A stretch of DNA of 63,754 bases, filler included, from Octopus bimaculoides (Eukaryota): the NCBI RefSeq assembly GCF_001194135.2. It is 11 parts of 11 records of this genome, joined end to end, with 100 filler letters (N's around TTAATTAATTAA, not from the genome) between each part and the next. Parts side by side here need not be neighbours in the genome. Positions count along the whole stretch, not along the records: positions 49,575 to 56,725 come from NW_026328738.1; positions 56,826 to 58,065 come from NW_026384322.1; positions 58,166 to 59,269 come from NW_026342934.1; positions 59,370 to 61,896 come from NC_068990.1; positions 61,997 to 63,754 come from NW_026391053.1; 6 more parts are not named here. One strand, written 5' to 3'. Both the position numbers and the translations under genes were made by a program. Below, piece by piece: positions 49,575 through 62,350 of this stretch (position 1 is the first letter of the stretch; every line of letters begins with the position of its first letter). The notes beneath the pieces are model-generated. The model did not search any database and had not been told where the DNA came from. It saw only the letters and a program-made list of their open reading frames with translations.

Positions 49575-52500
49575 GATGAGCCAAAAGCTACAGACGCACG
49601 TGCCTAGCTTTCAAAAATCGAACGTACGTACGTTGAGCAAAAAGCTACGGACGCACGTCACCAGCTATCAAACATCGAACGTCCGTACGTTGAGCCAAAA
49701 GCTACGAACGCACGTCCCTAGCTCTCAAAAATCAAACGAACGTACCTGGATCCAAAAGCTACGGACACACTTCCTTAGCTCTCAAAAATCAAACGTACGT
49801 AAGTTGAGCCAAAAGCTACGGTCGCACGTGCCTAGCTCTAAGAAATCGAACGAACGTACGTTGTTCCATAACTACGGACGCACATCCCTCGCTCNNNNNN
49901 NNNNNNNNNNNNNNNNNNNNNNNNNNNNNNNNNNNNNNNNNNNNNNNNNNNNNNNNNNNNNNNNNNNNNNNNNNNNNNNNNNNNNNNNNNNNNNNNNNNN
50001 NNNNNNNNNNNNNNNNNNNNNNNNNNNNNNNNNNNNNNNNNNNNNNNNNNNNNNNNNNNNNNNNNNNNNNNNNNNNNNNNNNNNNNNNNNNNNNNNNNNN
50101 NNNNNNNNNNNNNNNNNNNNNNNNNNNNNNNNNNNNNNNNNNNNNNNNNNNNNNNNNNNNNNNNNNNNNNNNNNNNNNNNNNNNNNNNNNNNNNNNNNNN
50201 NNNNNNNNNNNNNNNNNNNNNNNNNNNNNNNNNNNNNNNNNNNNNNNNNNNNNNNNNNNNNNNNNNNNNNNNNNNNNNNNNNNNNNNNNNNNNNNNNNNN
50301 NNNNNNNNNNNNNNNNNNNNNNNNNNNNNNNNNNNNNNNNNNNNNNNNNNNNNNNNNNNNNNNNNNNNNNNNNNNNNNNNNNNNNNNNNNNNNNNNNNNN
50401 NNNNNNNNNNNNNNNNNNNNNNNNNNNNNNNNNNNNNNNNNNNNNNNNNNNNNNNNNCCAAAATCTACGGACCCACGTGACTAACAGTTAGAAATCGATC
50501 GAACGTGCGTTGACACAAAAGCTAGGAACGCACGTCTCTAGCTCTCAACAATCGAACAAACGTACGATGAGCCAAAAGCTACAAACGCACGTACCTACCT
50601 TTCAAAAATCAAACGTACGTAGGTTGAGCCAAAAGCTACGGCCAAACGTGCCTAGATCTCAGAAATCGAACGAACGTACGTTGTTCCATAACTACGGACG
50701 CACATCCCTCGCTCTCAAAGATCGAACGAACGTACGTTGAGCCAAAAGCTACGGAGGCACGTCTCTAGCTCTCAACAATCGAACGAACGTACGATGAGCC
50801 AAAAGCTACAGACGCACGTGCCTAGCTTTCAAATATCAAACGAACGTACGTTGAGCCAAATGCTACGGAGGGCACGTGCCTAGCTCTCAAAAATCTACCG
50901 AACGTCCGTTGAGACAAAAGCTAGGGACGCACGTCTCTAGCTCTCAACAATCGAACGAACGTACGATGAGCCAAAAGCTACGGACGCACGTGCCTAGCTC
51001 TCAGAAATCGAACGAACGTACGTTGTTCCAAAACCACGGACGCACGTCCCTCGCTCTCAAAGATCGAACGAACGTACGTTGAGCCAAAATCTACGGACGC
51101 ACGTGCCTAGCTTTCAAAGATCGAACGAACGTACGTTGAGGCAAAAGCTACAGACGCACGTGCTTAGCTCTTAGAAATCGAACGAACGTATGTTGAGCCA
51201 AAAGCTACGGACCCACGTGACTAACAGTCAGAAATCGATCGAACATACGTTGAGACAAAAGCTAGGTACGCACGTCTCTAGCTCTCAAAAATCGAACGAA
51301 CGTACGATGAGCCCAAAGCTACGGACGCACGTACCTTGATCTCAATAATCGAACGGACGTACGTTGAGCCAAAGCCTACGGACTCTCGTCCCTAGCTCTC
51401 AAAAATGGTACAAACGTATGTTGAGCCAAAAGCTACGCAGGCACGTGCCTAGCACTCAAAAATCGAACGAACGTACGTTGAGCCAAAATCTACGGACGCA
51501 CGAGCCTAGCTCTCAGAAATCGAATGAACGTACGTTGGGCCAAACGCTACGGACGCACGTCCCTCGCTCTCAAAATTGGAACGAAGGTACGTTGAGCCAA
51601 AAGCTACGGACGCACGTACCTAGCTCTCAAAAATCGAACGAACGTACGTCGAGCCAAAAGCTACGGACGCACGTGCCTAGCTCTCGAAAATCGAACGAAC
51701 GTACGTTGAGCCAAAATCTACGGAGGCACGTGTCTAGCTCTCAAAAATGGAACCAACGTACGTTGAGTTAAAATCTACGAACGCACGTCCCTTGCCACCA
51801 ACAATCGAACGAACGTACGTTGAGCTAAAAGCTACGGACGCACGACCCTAGCTCTCAAAAATCGTACGAACGTATGTTGAGCCAAAAGCTACGGACGCAC
51901 GTCTCTAGCTCTCAAAAATCGAACGAACGTACGTTGGGCCAAAAGCTACGGACGCAGGTCCCTAGCTCTCAAAAATCGAACGAAAGTAAGTTGATCCGAA
52001 AGCAACGGACGCACGTGCCTAGCTTTCAAAAATCGAACGAACGTACGTTGAGACAAGAGCTACGGACGCACGTCACTAGCTATTAAAAATGGAACGAACG
52101 TACGTTGAGCCAAAAGCTACTAACGCACGCCCCTAGCTCTCAAAAATCAAACGAACGTACCTGGATCCAAAAGCTACGGACACACTTCCTTAGTTCTCAA
52201 AAATCAAACGTACGTAGGTTGAGCTAAAAGCAACGGACGCACGGGCCTAGCTCTCAAAGATTGAACAAACGTACGTTGAGCCAAAAGCTACGGACGCACG
52301 TGCCTAGCTCTCAAAAATCGAACGTACGTCCTTTGAGCCAAAAGCTACGGACGCACGTGTCTAGCTTTCAAAAATCGAACGAACGTATGTTGAGACAAAA
52401 GCTACGGAGGCACGTGCTTAGCTCTTAGAAATCGAACGAACGTATGTTGAGCCAAAAGCTACGGACCCACGTGACTAACAGTCAGAAATCAATCGAACAT

Positions 52501-55500
52501 ACGTTGAGACAAAATCTAGGTACGCACGTCTCTAGCTCTCAAAAATCGAACGAACGTACGATGAGCCAAAAGCTACGGACGCACGTGCCTAGCTCTCAAA
52601 AATCGAACGGACGTACGTTGAGCCAAAGCCTACGGATTCTCGTCCCTAGCTCTCAAAAATCGTACAAACGTATGTTGAGACAAAAGCTACGGACGCACGT
52701 CACTAGCTCTCGAAAATCGAACGAACGTACGTTGGGCCAAAAGCTACGGACGCACGTCCCTCGCTCTCAAAATTGGAACGAAGGTACGGACGCACGTACC
52801 TAGCTTTGAAAAATGGAACGAACTTACCTTGAGCCAAAATCTACGGACTCTCGTCCCTAGCTCTCATAAATCGTACAAACGTACGATGAGCCAAAAGCTA
52901 CAGATGCACGTGCCTAGCTTTCAAAATTCGAACGAACGTAAGTTGAGCCAAAAGCTACGGACGCACGTGCCTAGCTCTCAAAATTCGAACGAACATACGT
53001 TGAGCAAAAAGCTACGGACGCACGTCGCTAGCTATTAAAAATCGAACGAACGCGCGTTGAGCCCAAAGCTACTAACGCAAGTCCCTAGCTCTCAAAATAC
53101 GAACGAACGTACGTTACGCCAAATACTACGGACGCACGTCCCTCGCTCTCAAAATTCGAACGAACGTACGTTGAGCCAAAAGCTACGGACGCACGTGCCT
53201 AGGTTTGAAAAATCGAACGAACGTACGTTGAGCCAAAAGCTACGGACGCACGTCCCTAGCTCTCAAAAATCGAACAAACGTACGTTGAGCCAAAAGCTAC
53301 GGACGCTCGTCCCTAGCTCTCAAAAATCGTACGAACGTACGATGAGCCAAAAGTTACAGACGCACGCGCCTAGCTTTCAAAAATCGAACGAACGTACGTT
53401 GAGCCAAGAGCTACGGACACACATCCCTAGCTCTCAAAATTCGAACGAACGTACGTTGAGCCAAAAGCTACGGACGCACGTGCCTAGCTCTCAAAAATCG
53501 AACGAACGTACGTTGAGCTAAAAGTTACGGACGCACGTGCCTAGCTCTCAAAAGTCAAACGGACGTCCGTTGAGCCAAAACCTACGGACTCTCGTCCCTA
53601 GCTCTCAAAAATCGTACAAACGTACGATGAGCCAAAAGCTACAGACGCACGTCACTAGCTATCAAACATCGAACGTACGTACGTTGAGCTAAAAGCTACG
53701 GACGCACGTCCCTAGCTCTCAAAAATCGTACGAACGTATGTTGAGCCAAAAGCTACGGAAGCACGTCTCTGGCTATCAAACATCGAACGTACGTACGTTG
53801 AGCCAAAAGCTACGGACGCACCTCCCTTGCCACCAAAAATCGAACGAACGTACGATGAGCTGAAAGCTACGGACGCAAGTCCCTAGCTCTCAAAAATCGA
53901 ACGAATGTACGTTGAGCCAAAAGCAACGGACGCACGTGCCTAGCTCTCAAAAATCGAACGAACGTACGTTGAGACAAAAGCTACGGACACACGTCACTAG
54001 CTATTAAAAATCGAACGAACGTACTTTGAGCCAAAAGCTACGGACGCACGTCCCTAGCTCTCAAAAATCAAACGAACGTACCTGGATCCAAAATCTACGG
54101 ACACACTTCCTTAGCTCTCAAAAATCAAACGTTCGTAGGTTGAGCTAAAAGCTACGGACGCACGTGCCTAGCTCTCAGAAATCGAACGAACGTACGTTGT
54201 TCCAAAAACTACGGACGCACGTACCTCGCTCTCAAAGATCGAACAAAAGTACGTTGAGCCAAAAGCTACGGACGCACGTGACTAACAGTCAGAAATCGAT
54301 CGAACGTACTTTGAGACAAAAGCTAGGGACGCACGTCTCTAGCTCTCAACAATCGAACGAACGTACGATGAGCCAAAAGCTACAGACGCACGTGCCTAGC
54401 TTTCAAAAATCGAGCGAACGTACGTTTAGCCAAAAGCTACGGACGCACGTGCATAGCTCTCAAAAATCGAACGAACGTACGTTTAACCAAAGGCTACGGA
54501 CGCACGTCCCTAGCTCTCAAAAACGAACGAAAGTACGTTGAGCCAAAAGCTACGGAGGGACGTGCCTAGCTCTCAAAAATCGAACGAACGTACGTTGAGC
54601 AAAAAGCTACGGACGCACGTCACTAGCTATTAAATATCGAACGAACGTGCGTTGCGCCCAAAGCTACTAACGCACGTCCCTAGCTCTCAAAATACGAACG
54701 AACGTACGTTGAGTAAAAAGCTACGGACGCACTTCCCTTGCTACCAAAAGTCGAACGAACGTACGTTGAGCCAAAAGCTACGCAGGCACGTGCCTAGCAC
54801 TGACAAATCGAACGAACGTACGTTGAGCCAAACTCTACGGACGCACGTGTCTAGATCTCAGAAATTGAACGAACGTACGTTGAGCCAAAAGCTACGGATG
54901 CACGAGCCTAGCTCTCGGAAATCGAACGAACGTACGTTGGGCCAAAATCTACGGACGCACGTCCCTCGCTCTCAAAATTGGAACGAACGTACGTTGAGGC
55001 AAAAGCTACGGACGCACGTGCCTAGCTTTGAAAAATGGAACGAACGTACGTTGAGCCAAAATTTACGGACGCACGTCCCTAGCTCTCAAAAATCGAACGA
55101 ACGTACGTCGAGCCAAAAGCTAGGGACGCACGTGCCTACCTCTCGAAAATCGAACGAACGCACGTTGAGCCAAAAGCTACGGAGGCACGTGTCTAGCTCT
55201 CAAAATTCGAACGAACGTACGTTGAGCAAAAAGCTACGGATGCACGTCACTAGCTATTAAAAATCGAACGAACGTGCGTTGAGCCCAAAGGTACTAACGC
55301 ACGTCCGTATCTCTCAAAATACCAAGGAACGTACGTTGGGTCAAAAGCTACGGACGCACGTCCCTAGCTCTCAAAAATCGAACGAACGTACGTTGAGCCA
55401 AAAGCCACGGACGCACGTGATTAGCTCTCAGAAATCGAACGAACGTACGTTGAGCCAAAAGCTACGGACGCACGTGCCTAGGTCTGAAAAATCGAACGAA

Positions 55501-55570
55501 CGTACGTTGAGCCAAAATCTACGGAAGCACGTCCCTAGCCCTCAAAAATCAACGAACGTACGTTGAGACA
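49575..55570. repeat. 57-bp CpG-rich satellite array
   Basis: Consensus GAGCCAAAAGCTACGGACGCACGTGCCTAGCTCTCAAAAATCGAACGAACGTACGTT, roughly 95 sequenced units plus an N gap at 49895-50457. Confidence 0.97.
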
Positions 55571-55578
55571 AAAACTAT

Positions 55579-55708
55579 ATTTTCGACCAAACTTTTCGAC
55601 CAAACTATTGTTTTCGACTAAACCTTTCGACCAAATAATTTCGATGAAACCTTTCCGAAAAAACTTTTTATTTTCGACGAAACATTTCGACCAAATTATT
55701 GGTCGAAA
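55579..55708. repeat. Short (T)TTTCGACCAAA-type tandem repeats
   Basis: About eight degenerate 12-16-bp units; the last (TTGGTCGAAA) is inverted. Confidence 0.85.
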
Positions 55709-56169
55709 GCTCAACATTCCAGAAAGGGGGATTTGAGTGGAGAAGGGGAGGAAAGGGAGGGAGGCACGCTCAACATTCCAGAGAGGGGGTTTTGAGAGGA
55801 GAAGGGGAGGAAGGGGAGGAAGCAACGTTCATCATTCCAGGGATGGGGATTTGAGAGGTGAAGGGGAGGAATGGGAAGGAGGAACGCTCAACATTCCAGA
55901 GAGGGGGATTTAATAGGTGAAGAGGAGGAAGGGGAGGGAGGAACGTTCAACATTACAGAGAGGGGGTTTTGAGAGGTGAAGGGGAGGAAGGGGATGGAGG
56001 AACGCTCAATATTCCAGAGAGGGCGATTTGGGAGCTGAAGGGGGAAATGGGAGGGAGGAACGCTCAACATTCCAGAGAGGGGGATTTGAGAGGTAAAGGG
56101 GAGGGAGGTTTGCTCAACATACCAGAGAGGGTGATTTGAGAGGTGAAGGGGAGGAAGTGGAGGGAGGAA
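55709..56169. repeat. 59-bp purine/G-rich minisatellite
   Basis: Units start at 55709, 55768, 55827, 55886, 55945, 56004, 56062 and 56112 (GCTCAACATTCCAGAGAGGGGGATTTGAGAGG...). Confidence 0.93.
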
Positions 56170-56825
56170 CACACATAAATACGTTTTCAAGAAGGCTTAC
56201 TCTCTCTCTGTCTCTCTCTCTCTCTCGGGAACATATATAGGTAAATAGAAGTTGAAAATGCACTAAGAATAGTTAAAATGTTTTTTTTTTAATATTTGAA
56301 GCTTTAACCGGTATCACAGCTTACACTGATTTTCAAAACGTTCAAAGAGAATCACGTGGCTTATATTGCAGCTGTCTTGCTTTTGACTAGTGTTTGAAGT
56401 TTGCTCTGTTTTATAGGGAGTTCAAGGCTCAAATTAGTATGTTTTGAGTAGCATTTGATTGGTAGAGGTTGGTTGATCTTACAAATTTTTATCGGTTTCC
56501 TGCTTGCAAAATTAACTCAGAACATTCCGACACAATTGAAAAAGTTTCGTCACAGACGGATTAAAGATTATCCTCGAAAACAACTTATTTGACTACGATG
56601 GCAATATTTACAAACAAATATCTGGGACTGCGATGGCGACAAAAGTTGCCCCGACTGCTTGAAGTTCCACAAATATTTACTAGAAAACTGGAAACGTTAC
56701 TTAGATGACTGCCTAATACTATGAGNNNNNNNNNNNNNNNNNNNNNNNNNNNNNNNNNNNNNNNNNNNNTTAATTAATTAANNNNNNNNNNNNNNNNNNN
56801 NNNNNNNNNNNNNNNNNNNNNNNNN

Positions 56826-57790
56826 CTACATGTACATATAGATACATATCTGGGTACATGATGTTGCAAAAAAAAACATGGAGAAAATGATAAACAAGGT
56901 ACAAAAAACAAGCAGGCCACATAGAGAACATATCCTTCATCAGCTTCCAACATAAAAACACTGGCGTTTCAAAGAGTTAGGGCAGGACGCATCGTTCAAA
57001 TGGCTCTTCCTACGAACACAAATTAAATTTTTCCCGTGGAAGATAGTGGCGGATAGAAAACAAGACAGGAAAAGAAAACGGTGAAATAAACAAACAAAAA
57101 GGCTGTACAGCTAGACGTGGAGAAGTGTGTGTATATTGAACGCTGTGAAGCACAAATTGGAGAGGCGAAGAAGTGCGTGTGAAGCTTAGGGAGTCCAAGA
57201 CCAAAAAGAAATGGCAACTGGACACGTGACCAGCGAGGGGTAGGGAGAAAGAGTGGCAGAGGGAGAAGAAGGGGAGGAAGTAGAATATAAGTGAGCAATG
57301 AGAGGTAGAGAGGAAGAGAGGTAGAGAGGAAGAGAGATAGTAGTAGTGACGGGGAGAGACGAAGGACGAGCAACGAGAGAGAGAGAGGGAGAGAGAGAGA
57401 GAGAGAGAGAGATAGATAGAGAGATAGAGAGAGAGAGAAATAGTAGTGACAGGAAGAGGCGAAGAACAGTACAGGGAAGAATGAGAGGGGGAGATAGATA
57501 CAAAGATAGAGAGAGTCGCGTCAGAAAAATAAAGTTCAAAACTTACTTGTAAAGGTAACGCGTGCGTTCGGTCGTGTGATACAAACAATATATGAGTATA
57601 TGCATATATATGTACATACCTTCATCTATATATACATATAGATACACATCTGGGTACATGACGTTGCAAAAAAAAACATGGACAAAATGATAAACAAGGT
57701 ACAAAAAACAAGCAGGCCACATAGAGAACATGTCCTTCATCAGCTGCCACCATTAAAACAATGGCGTTTCAAAGGGTTAGAGCAGAAAGT
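56826..57790 (-). repeat. Two copies of an interspersed repeat (about 56826-57000 and 57560-57790), also present at about 61010-61200 (+)
   Basis: Shared 'gatgaagg..tatgtggc...aacgtc.tgtaccc.gat.tg.atctata' sequence. Confidence 0.75.
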
Positions 57791-58165
57791 AAAGAGTAAA
57801 AGAGTCAAGAGAGTCAAAAGGAAGAGTAAGTATGGTTAGGCAGATCTTTAATCAATACAAGTGTTTTGATACATACAGATCCTTGTATATACAATATCTA
57901 AAGTTAAGTTTAAATTAAATCATGTAACAGTTTACCTGTATAAGAAGATCTACATGTATCTCCTCAGGCTATACTCAGTTGCTGTCACCGTAAGTAAATT
58001 TAGATTTACATGCTACAACATCCATGGCTACTTCTCTGAAACTGACTGTATATATATATATATATNNNNNNNNNNNNNNNNNNNNNNNNNNNNNNNNNNN
58101 NNNNNNNNNTTAATTAATTAANNNNNNNNNNNNNNNNNNNNNNNNNNNNNNNNNNNNNNNNNNNN

Positions 58166-59269
58166 TATCATCATCGTCGTCATCGTCGTCGTCGTCATCA
58201 TCATCATCATCATCAACAATTACAATTACAATAATAGCAGCAACATCTACTATTGCTATAGCAACAATAGAAGCAACAGTAGCAATAACAGTGACAGCAA
58301 CAACGATAACAACAACAGCAACAACAATATCAACAGCAGCATCTGCAGCAACAACAAGAAGAGCAAAAGCAGTAAAAACGCCAACAACAACAACAATAGC
58401 AACAATAGCCATTACAAAAATAACTGCAAAAACAATAGCAACAGTTATGACAGCAATAACAACAGCAATAACGGGAGCAACAACAGCGATAGCAACAACA
58501 ACAACAGAAAGAACAACAATAATAGCTATGACAGTAAGTACAATAGCATCAAGAGCAACAACTCCAGCTACAACAGCGATGGCAACAGCAATAATCAGTT
58601 ATAGTAACTGGAGCAACAACGGTGATAGCAACAGGAGCAACAATAGAAAGAACACGGATAATAGCAATAACAATAGCAACAATAGCAACAACATCGATAG
58701 CAACAACATCGATAGCAACAACATCGATAGCAACAACATCGATAGCAACAACATCGATGGCAACAACATCGATGGCAGCAACATCGATAGCAACAACATT
58801 GATAGCAACAACATCGATAGCAACAACATCGATAGCAACAACAATAGAAAGAACAAGAATAATAGCAATAACAATAGCAACAATAGAAATAACAATAACT
58901 ACAATAGCAACATCAGCAATAACTCCAGCAGCAACAACGATTGCGACAGCAATATCAACCACAATAACGGGAGCAACAATAGCAGTAGTAACAACAATTA
59001 GCAACAGAAATGAAAACAGCAGCAAAAACAATAGCAACAGCAATGATCACTACCACCACAACAATAACAATAGCCATAACAACAATAACAATTACCACAA
59101 TGCAATCAACAATAGCAACAACACGTATTGTAACAAATGACAACGGTGACAAAAGAAATATCAGCAGCGGCGGCAGTAGTAACAGTAGTAGCAGCAGGGG
59201 AAGCAGCAGCAGCAGAAGTGGTAGGAGTAACAGCAGCAGTTGCAGCAGCAGCAGTAGCAATAGCAGCAA
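58166..59269. repeat. Cryptic (AAC/AGC/AAT)n simple repeat with an embedded 15-bp array
   Basis: (AGCAACAACATCGAT) repeated about 11 times at 58684-58850. Confidence 0.9.
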
Positions 59270-59369
59270 NNNNNNNNNNNNNNNNNNNNNNNNNNNNNNN
59301 NNNNNNNNNNNNNTTAATTAATTAANNNNNNNNNNNNNNNNNNNNNNNNNNNNNNNNNNNNNNNNNNNN

Positions 59370-59433
<64 letters not shown>

Positions 59434-59919
59434 TGTATGTGTATCGCGATATGTACTTACATATGTATTTTAAAAGAAAAATAACACGTCGATGTGTATG
59501 TATACATGTTTATATGTATATATGCATGTGTGTTTGCGCATGCATGAACGTTCCTGCGTGTTGATGGGTGTATTCGCACTTTTGGGAAAATATAGATTTT
59601 TCTGTGTATATGTGTACTGTAATATAATTTTGCTCATATATACACACACGTGTGTGTGTGTTTATGTATGTGTTTGTGTGTGTGTGTGTGTATGTGTGTG
59701 TGTGTGTATGTGTGTGTGTGTGTGTGTGATCACGTAGACTTATTCTCAAATGATACATTCCAGTATATTCTGAAAAAGCAGACGAAAGAAGCTTAAGACG
59801 TAAAAACTATTGCATTGATTGCACTCACTGATTTCCAATAACTTCGCTGAGATTCTTGCAGCACACACTAGACAACCATACATTCACACATATACACTTA
59901 CCCACATATACATTCACAT

Positions 59920-59963
<44 letters not shown>

Positions 59964-60943
59964 CACTGACATACATTCACACATACGCATACTCTCAGAT
60001 ATATCTGTCCGTACGTAAGTCTGTATGCATGTAGTCTATATTATTTCTTAATTATTCCAAGTCTACCTATAAAGAAGGAGTTGGTTTCTAACAAAGAATG
60101 CTGGAAGTTAGACAACAATAACAGCAGTGAAAAGTAACATGTTGAACTTTANNNNNNNNNNNNNNNNNNNNNNNNNNNNNNNNNNNNNNNNNNNNNNNNN
60201 NNNNNNNNNNNNNNNNNNNNNNNNNNNNNNNNNNNNNNNNNNNNNNNNNNNNNNNNNNNNNNNNNNNNNNNNNNNNNNNNNNNNNNNNNNNNNNNNNNNN
60301 NNNNNNNNNNNNNNNNNNNNNNNNNNNNNNNNNNNNNNNNNNNNNNNNNNNNNNNNNNNNNNNNNNNNNNNNNNNNNNNNNNNNNNNNNNNNNNNNNNNN
60401 NNNNNNNNNNNNNNNNNNNNNNNNNNNNNNNNNNNNNNNNNNNNNNNNNNNNNNNNNNNNNNNNNNNNNNNNNNNNNNNNNNNNNNNNNNNNNNNNNNNN
60501 NNNNNNNNNNNNNNNNNNNNNNNNNNNNNNNNNNNNNNNNNNNNNNNNNNNNNNNNNNNNNNNNNNNNNNNNNNNNNNNNNNNNNNNNNNNNNNNNNNNN
60601 NNNNNNNNNNNNNNNNNNNNNNNNNNNNNNNNNNNNNNNNNNNNNNNNNNNNNNNNNNNNNNNNNNNNNNNNNNNNNNNNNNNNNNNNNNNNNNNNNNNN
60701 NNNNNNNNNNNNNNNNNNNNNNNNNNNNNNNNNNNNNNNNNNNNNNNNNNNNNNNNNNNNNNNNNNNNNNNTAGAATATGGAATATACAATATATAATAT
60801 GATATACAATATACAATATAAAATAAAATAAAATAAAAATGGATGGCACCATGAAAGAAAGTATTGAATGTAGATGAAATATTGAGTGTTCAATATAAAG
60901 GATCAAATATATAAATATATAAATATAAATATATATATATAAA

Positions 60944-60983
60944 GGCGACTCGAGTTTCAGGGCTATTTCCCTTCGTCATGGCC
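60944..60983 (-). ncRNA. Minimal type I hammerhead-like motif with a 1-nt core insertion
   Basis: ggc-C(a)TGACGA-aggg aaatag ccct-GAAAC-tcga-GTC^gcc; palindromic stem III ACTCGAGT. Confidence 0.72.
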
Positions 60984-61997
60984 GGTATGACAGAATATAT
61001 ATATACATATATGATGAAGGAATAATTCCATATGTGGCTTGTTTGTTTTCCTATGTGTCCGTTCTGTTGTCTGTAAAGTCTGCTTTGTGTTTATGTCACC
61101 GTTCGTTTTTCTAACGTCCTGTACCCGGATATGCATCTATATATACATGTAGATGCAGGTATGTACATGTATGTATGTATACATGCATATGCTTATATAT
61201 CATTTCTATTATATATATATGTATAAGAGATGGAGTGAATCACTAATAAGGCGCTTTAATTCCAAGCGAAACGAGCTTGCTAATACTGTGACCTCGCTCG
61301 CTGTAGGGCGGTTATCTTCCCTTTAGTACATAGACAATGTGCTTTCCGTGGCTATAAGGGTCTCTGATTCTTGTTTCTAGCAATATAGGTGCTATCTTGC
61401 ACCCTCAGTCACTATTAGGGACAACTGAATTTTTCCTTTTTCGTTTTATACTATTACGTCTAGTCACCTTCGTTATTATACACACACACATACACACACA
61501 TATATGTATATATATATATGTGTATATATGTATATGTATGTATATATACATATGTATATTTATATAAAATTAATGCACAATATATGGATCTAAATAGTCC
61601 AGTGATACTCACAAAAAAAGCTCTTGGTGGATAAGGCTACAAACCACATAGTAATAACAACAAAAGGAACTAATAGACGTCCAGTAAATTCAATTATTAA
61701 TGATTAGTTCATTAGATTACACGCATACACACATACACATACACACACGTGAAGATAGATATCTTTTTATTATAGCCACACAGGGCTAAATACAGAAGAT
61801 GGACAAATTACAAAGTAGAGGTTTTCTTGGGGGGGGGGGATAATTTCGATCAAAAGGGATCGCGGAAAAAAAAAGGTGGAGATTTCGATCAAAAGGNNNN
61901 NNNNNNNNNNNNNNNNNNNNNNNNNNNNNNNNNNNNNNNNTTAATTAATTAANNNNNNNNNNNNNNNNNNNNNNNNNNNNNNNNNNNNNNNNNNNNG

Positions 61998-62350
61998 AAG
62001 GTTGATTCAATGTTGTTATGGCGGTTAAACTGAAGATTGAACCATGACTGCAATTGCCGTTTAACTGGATGTTTAACCAAGATTGAGACGGTGGATTTGC
62101 TGAAGGTTGAATCAATGTTGTGATGGCAGTTTGATTGAAGCTTTGAGATGGTTTAGCTGAAAGTTGATTCAATGTTGTTATAACGGTTAAACTGAAGATT
62201 GAACCGCGGGTTGAAATGGTGGTTTATTAACTGGATGTTTAACCAAGATTGGGATGGTGGGTTTGCTGAAGATTGAATCAATGTTGTGACAGAGGTTTTA
62301 CTGAAGGTTTAACCAATGTCCAGATGGTGGTTTAACTCAAGATTGAAGAC
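61998..62350. repeat. Degenerate compound minisatellite with a ~161-bp higher-order period
   Basis: gaa(g/a)gttgattcaatgttgttat at 61998 and 62159; sub-repeats ctgaag(g/a)ttga and ttaactggatgtttaaccaagattg. Confidence 0.8.

Noticed and set aside
49576-55566. Repetitive protein (SQKLRTHVPSSQKSNERTL)n
   Set aside because: A 57-bp unit is a multiple of 3, so one frame stays open by chance. Recurrent stop-bearing variants and at least three frame switches occur, with no start or splice context.
55709-55716. GCTCAAC shared in inverted form between the 59-bp and 57-bp repeats
   Set aside because: Only 7 bp; not enough to claim common origin.
49575-56169. CRISPR-like array
   Set aside because: Units are contiguous with no unique spacers, there are no cas genes, and the context is eukaryotic.
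56930-57780. GAAAC...CTGATGA on the minus strand of the duplicated repeat as a permuted hammerhead
   Set aside because: Stems I-III do not form convincingly in either copy.
58291-59321. Thr/Asn-rich mucin- or antifreeze-like ORFs, including (SNNID)n
   Set aside because: All frames are open because of trinucleotide composition; the piece is an isolated 1.1-kb contig without splice or promoter evidence.
3442-60906. Long ORFs in the track that span N runs or (CA)n/(TA)n/(GA)n repeats
   Set aside because: They are open only because N codons or dinucleotide repeats lack stops; there is no protein signal.
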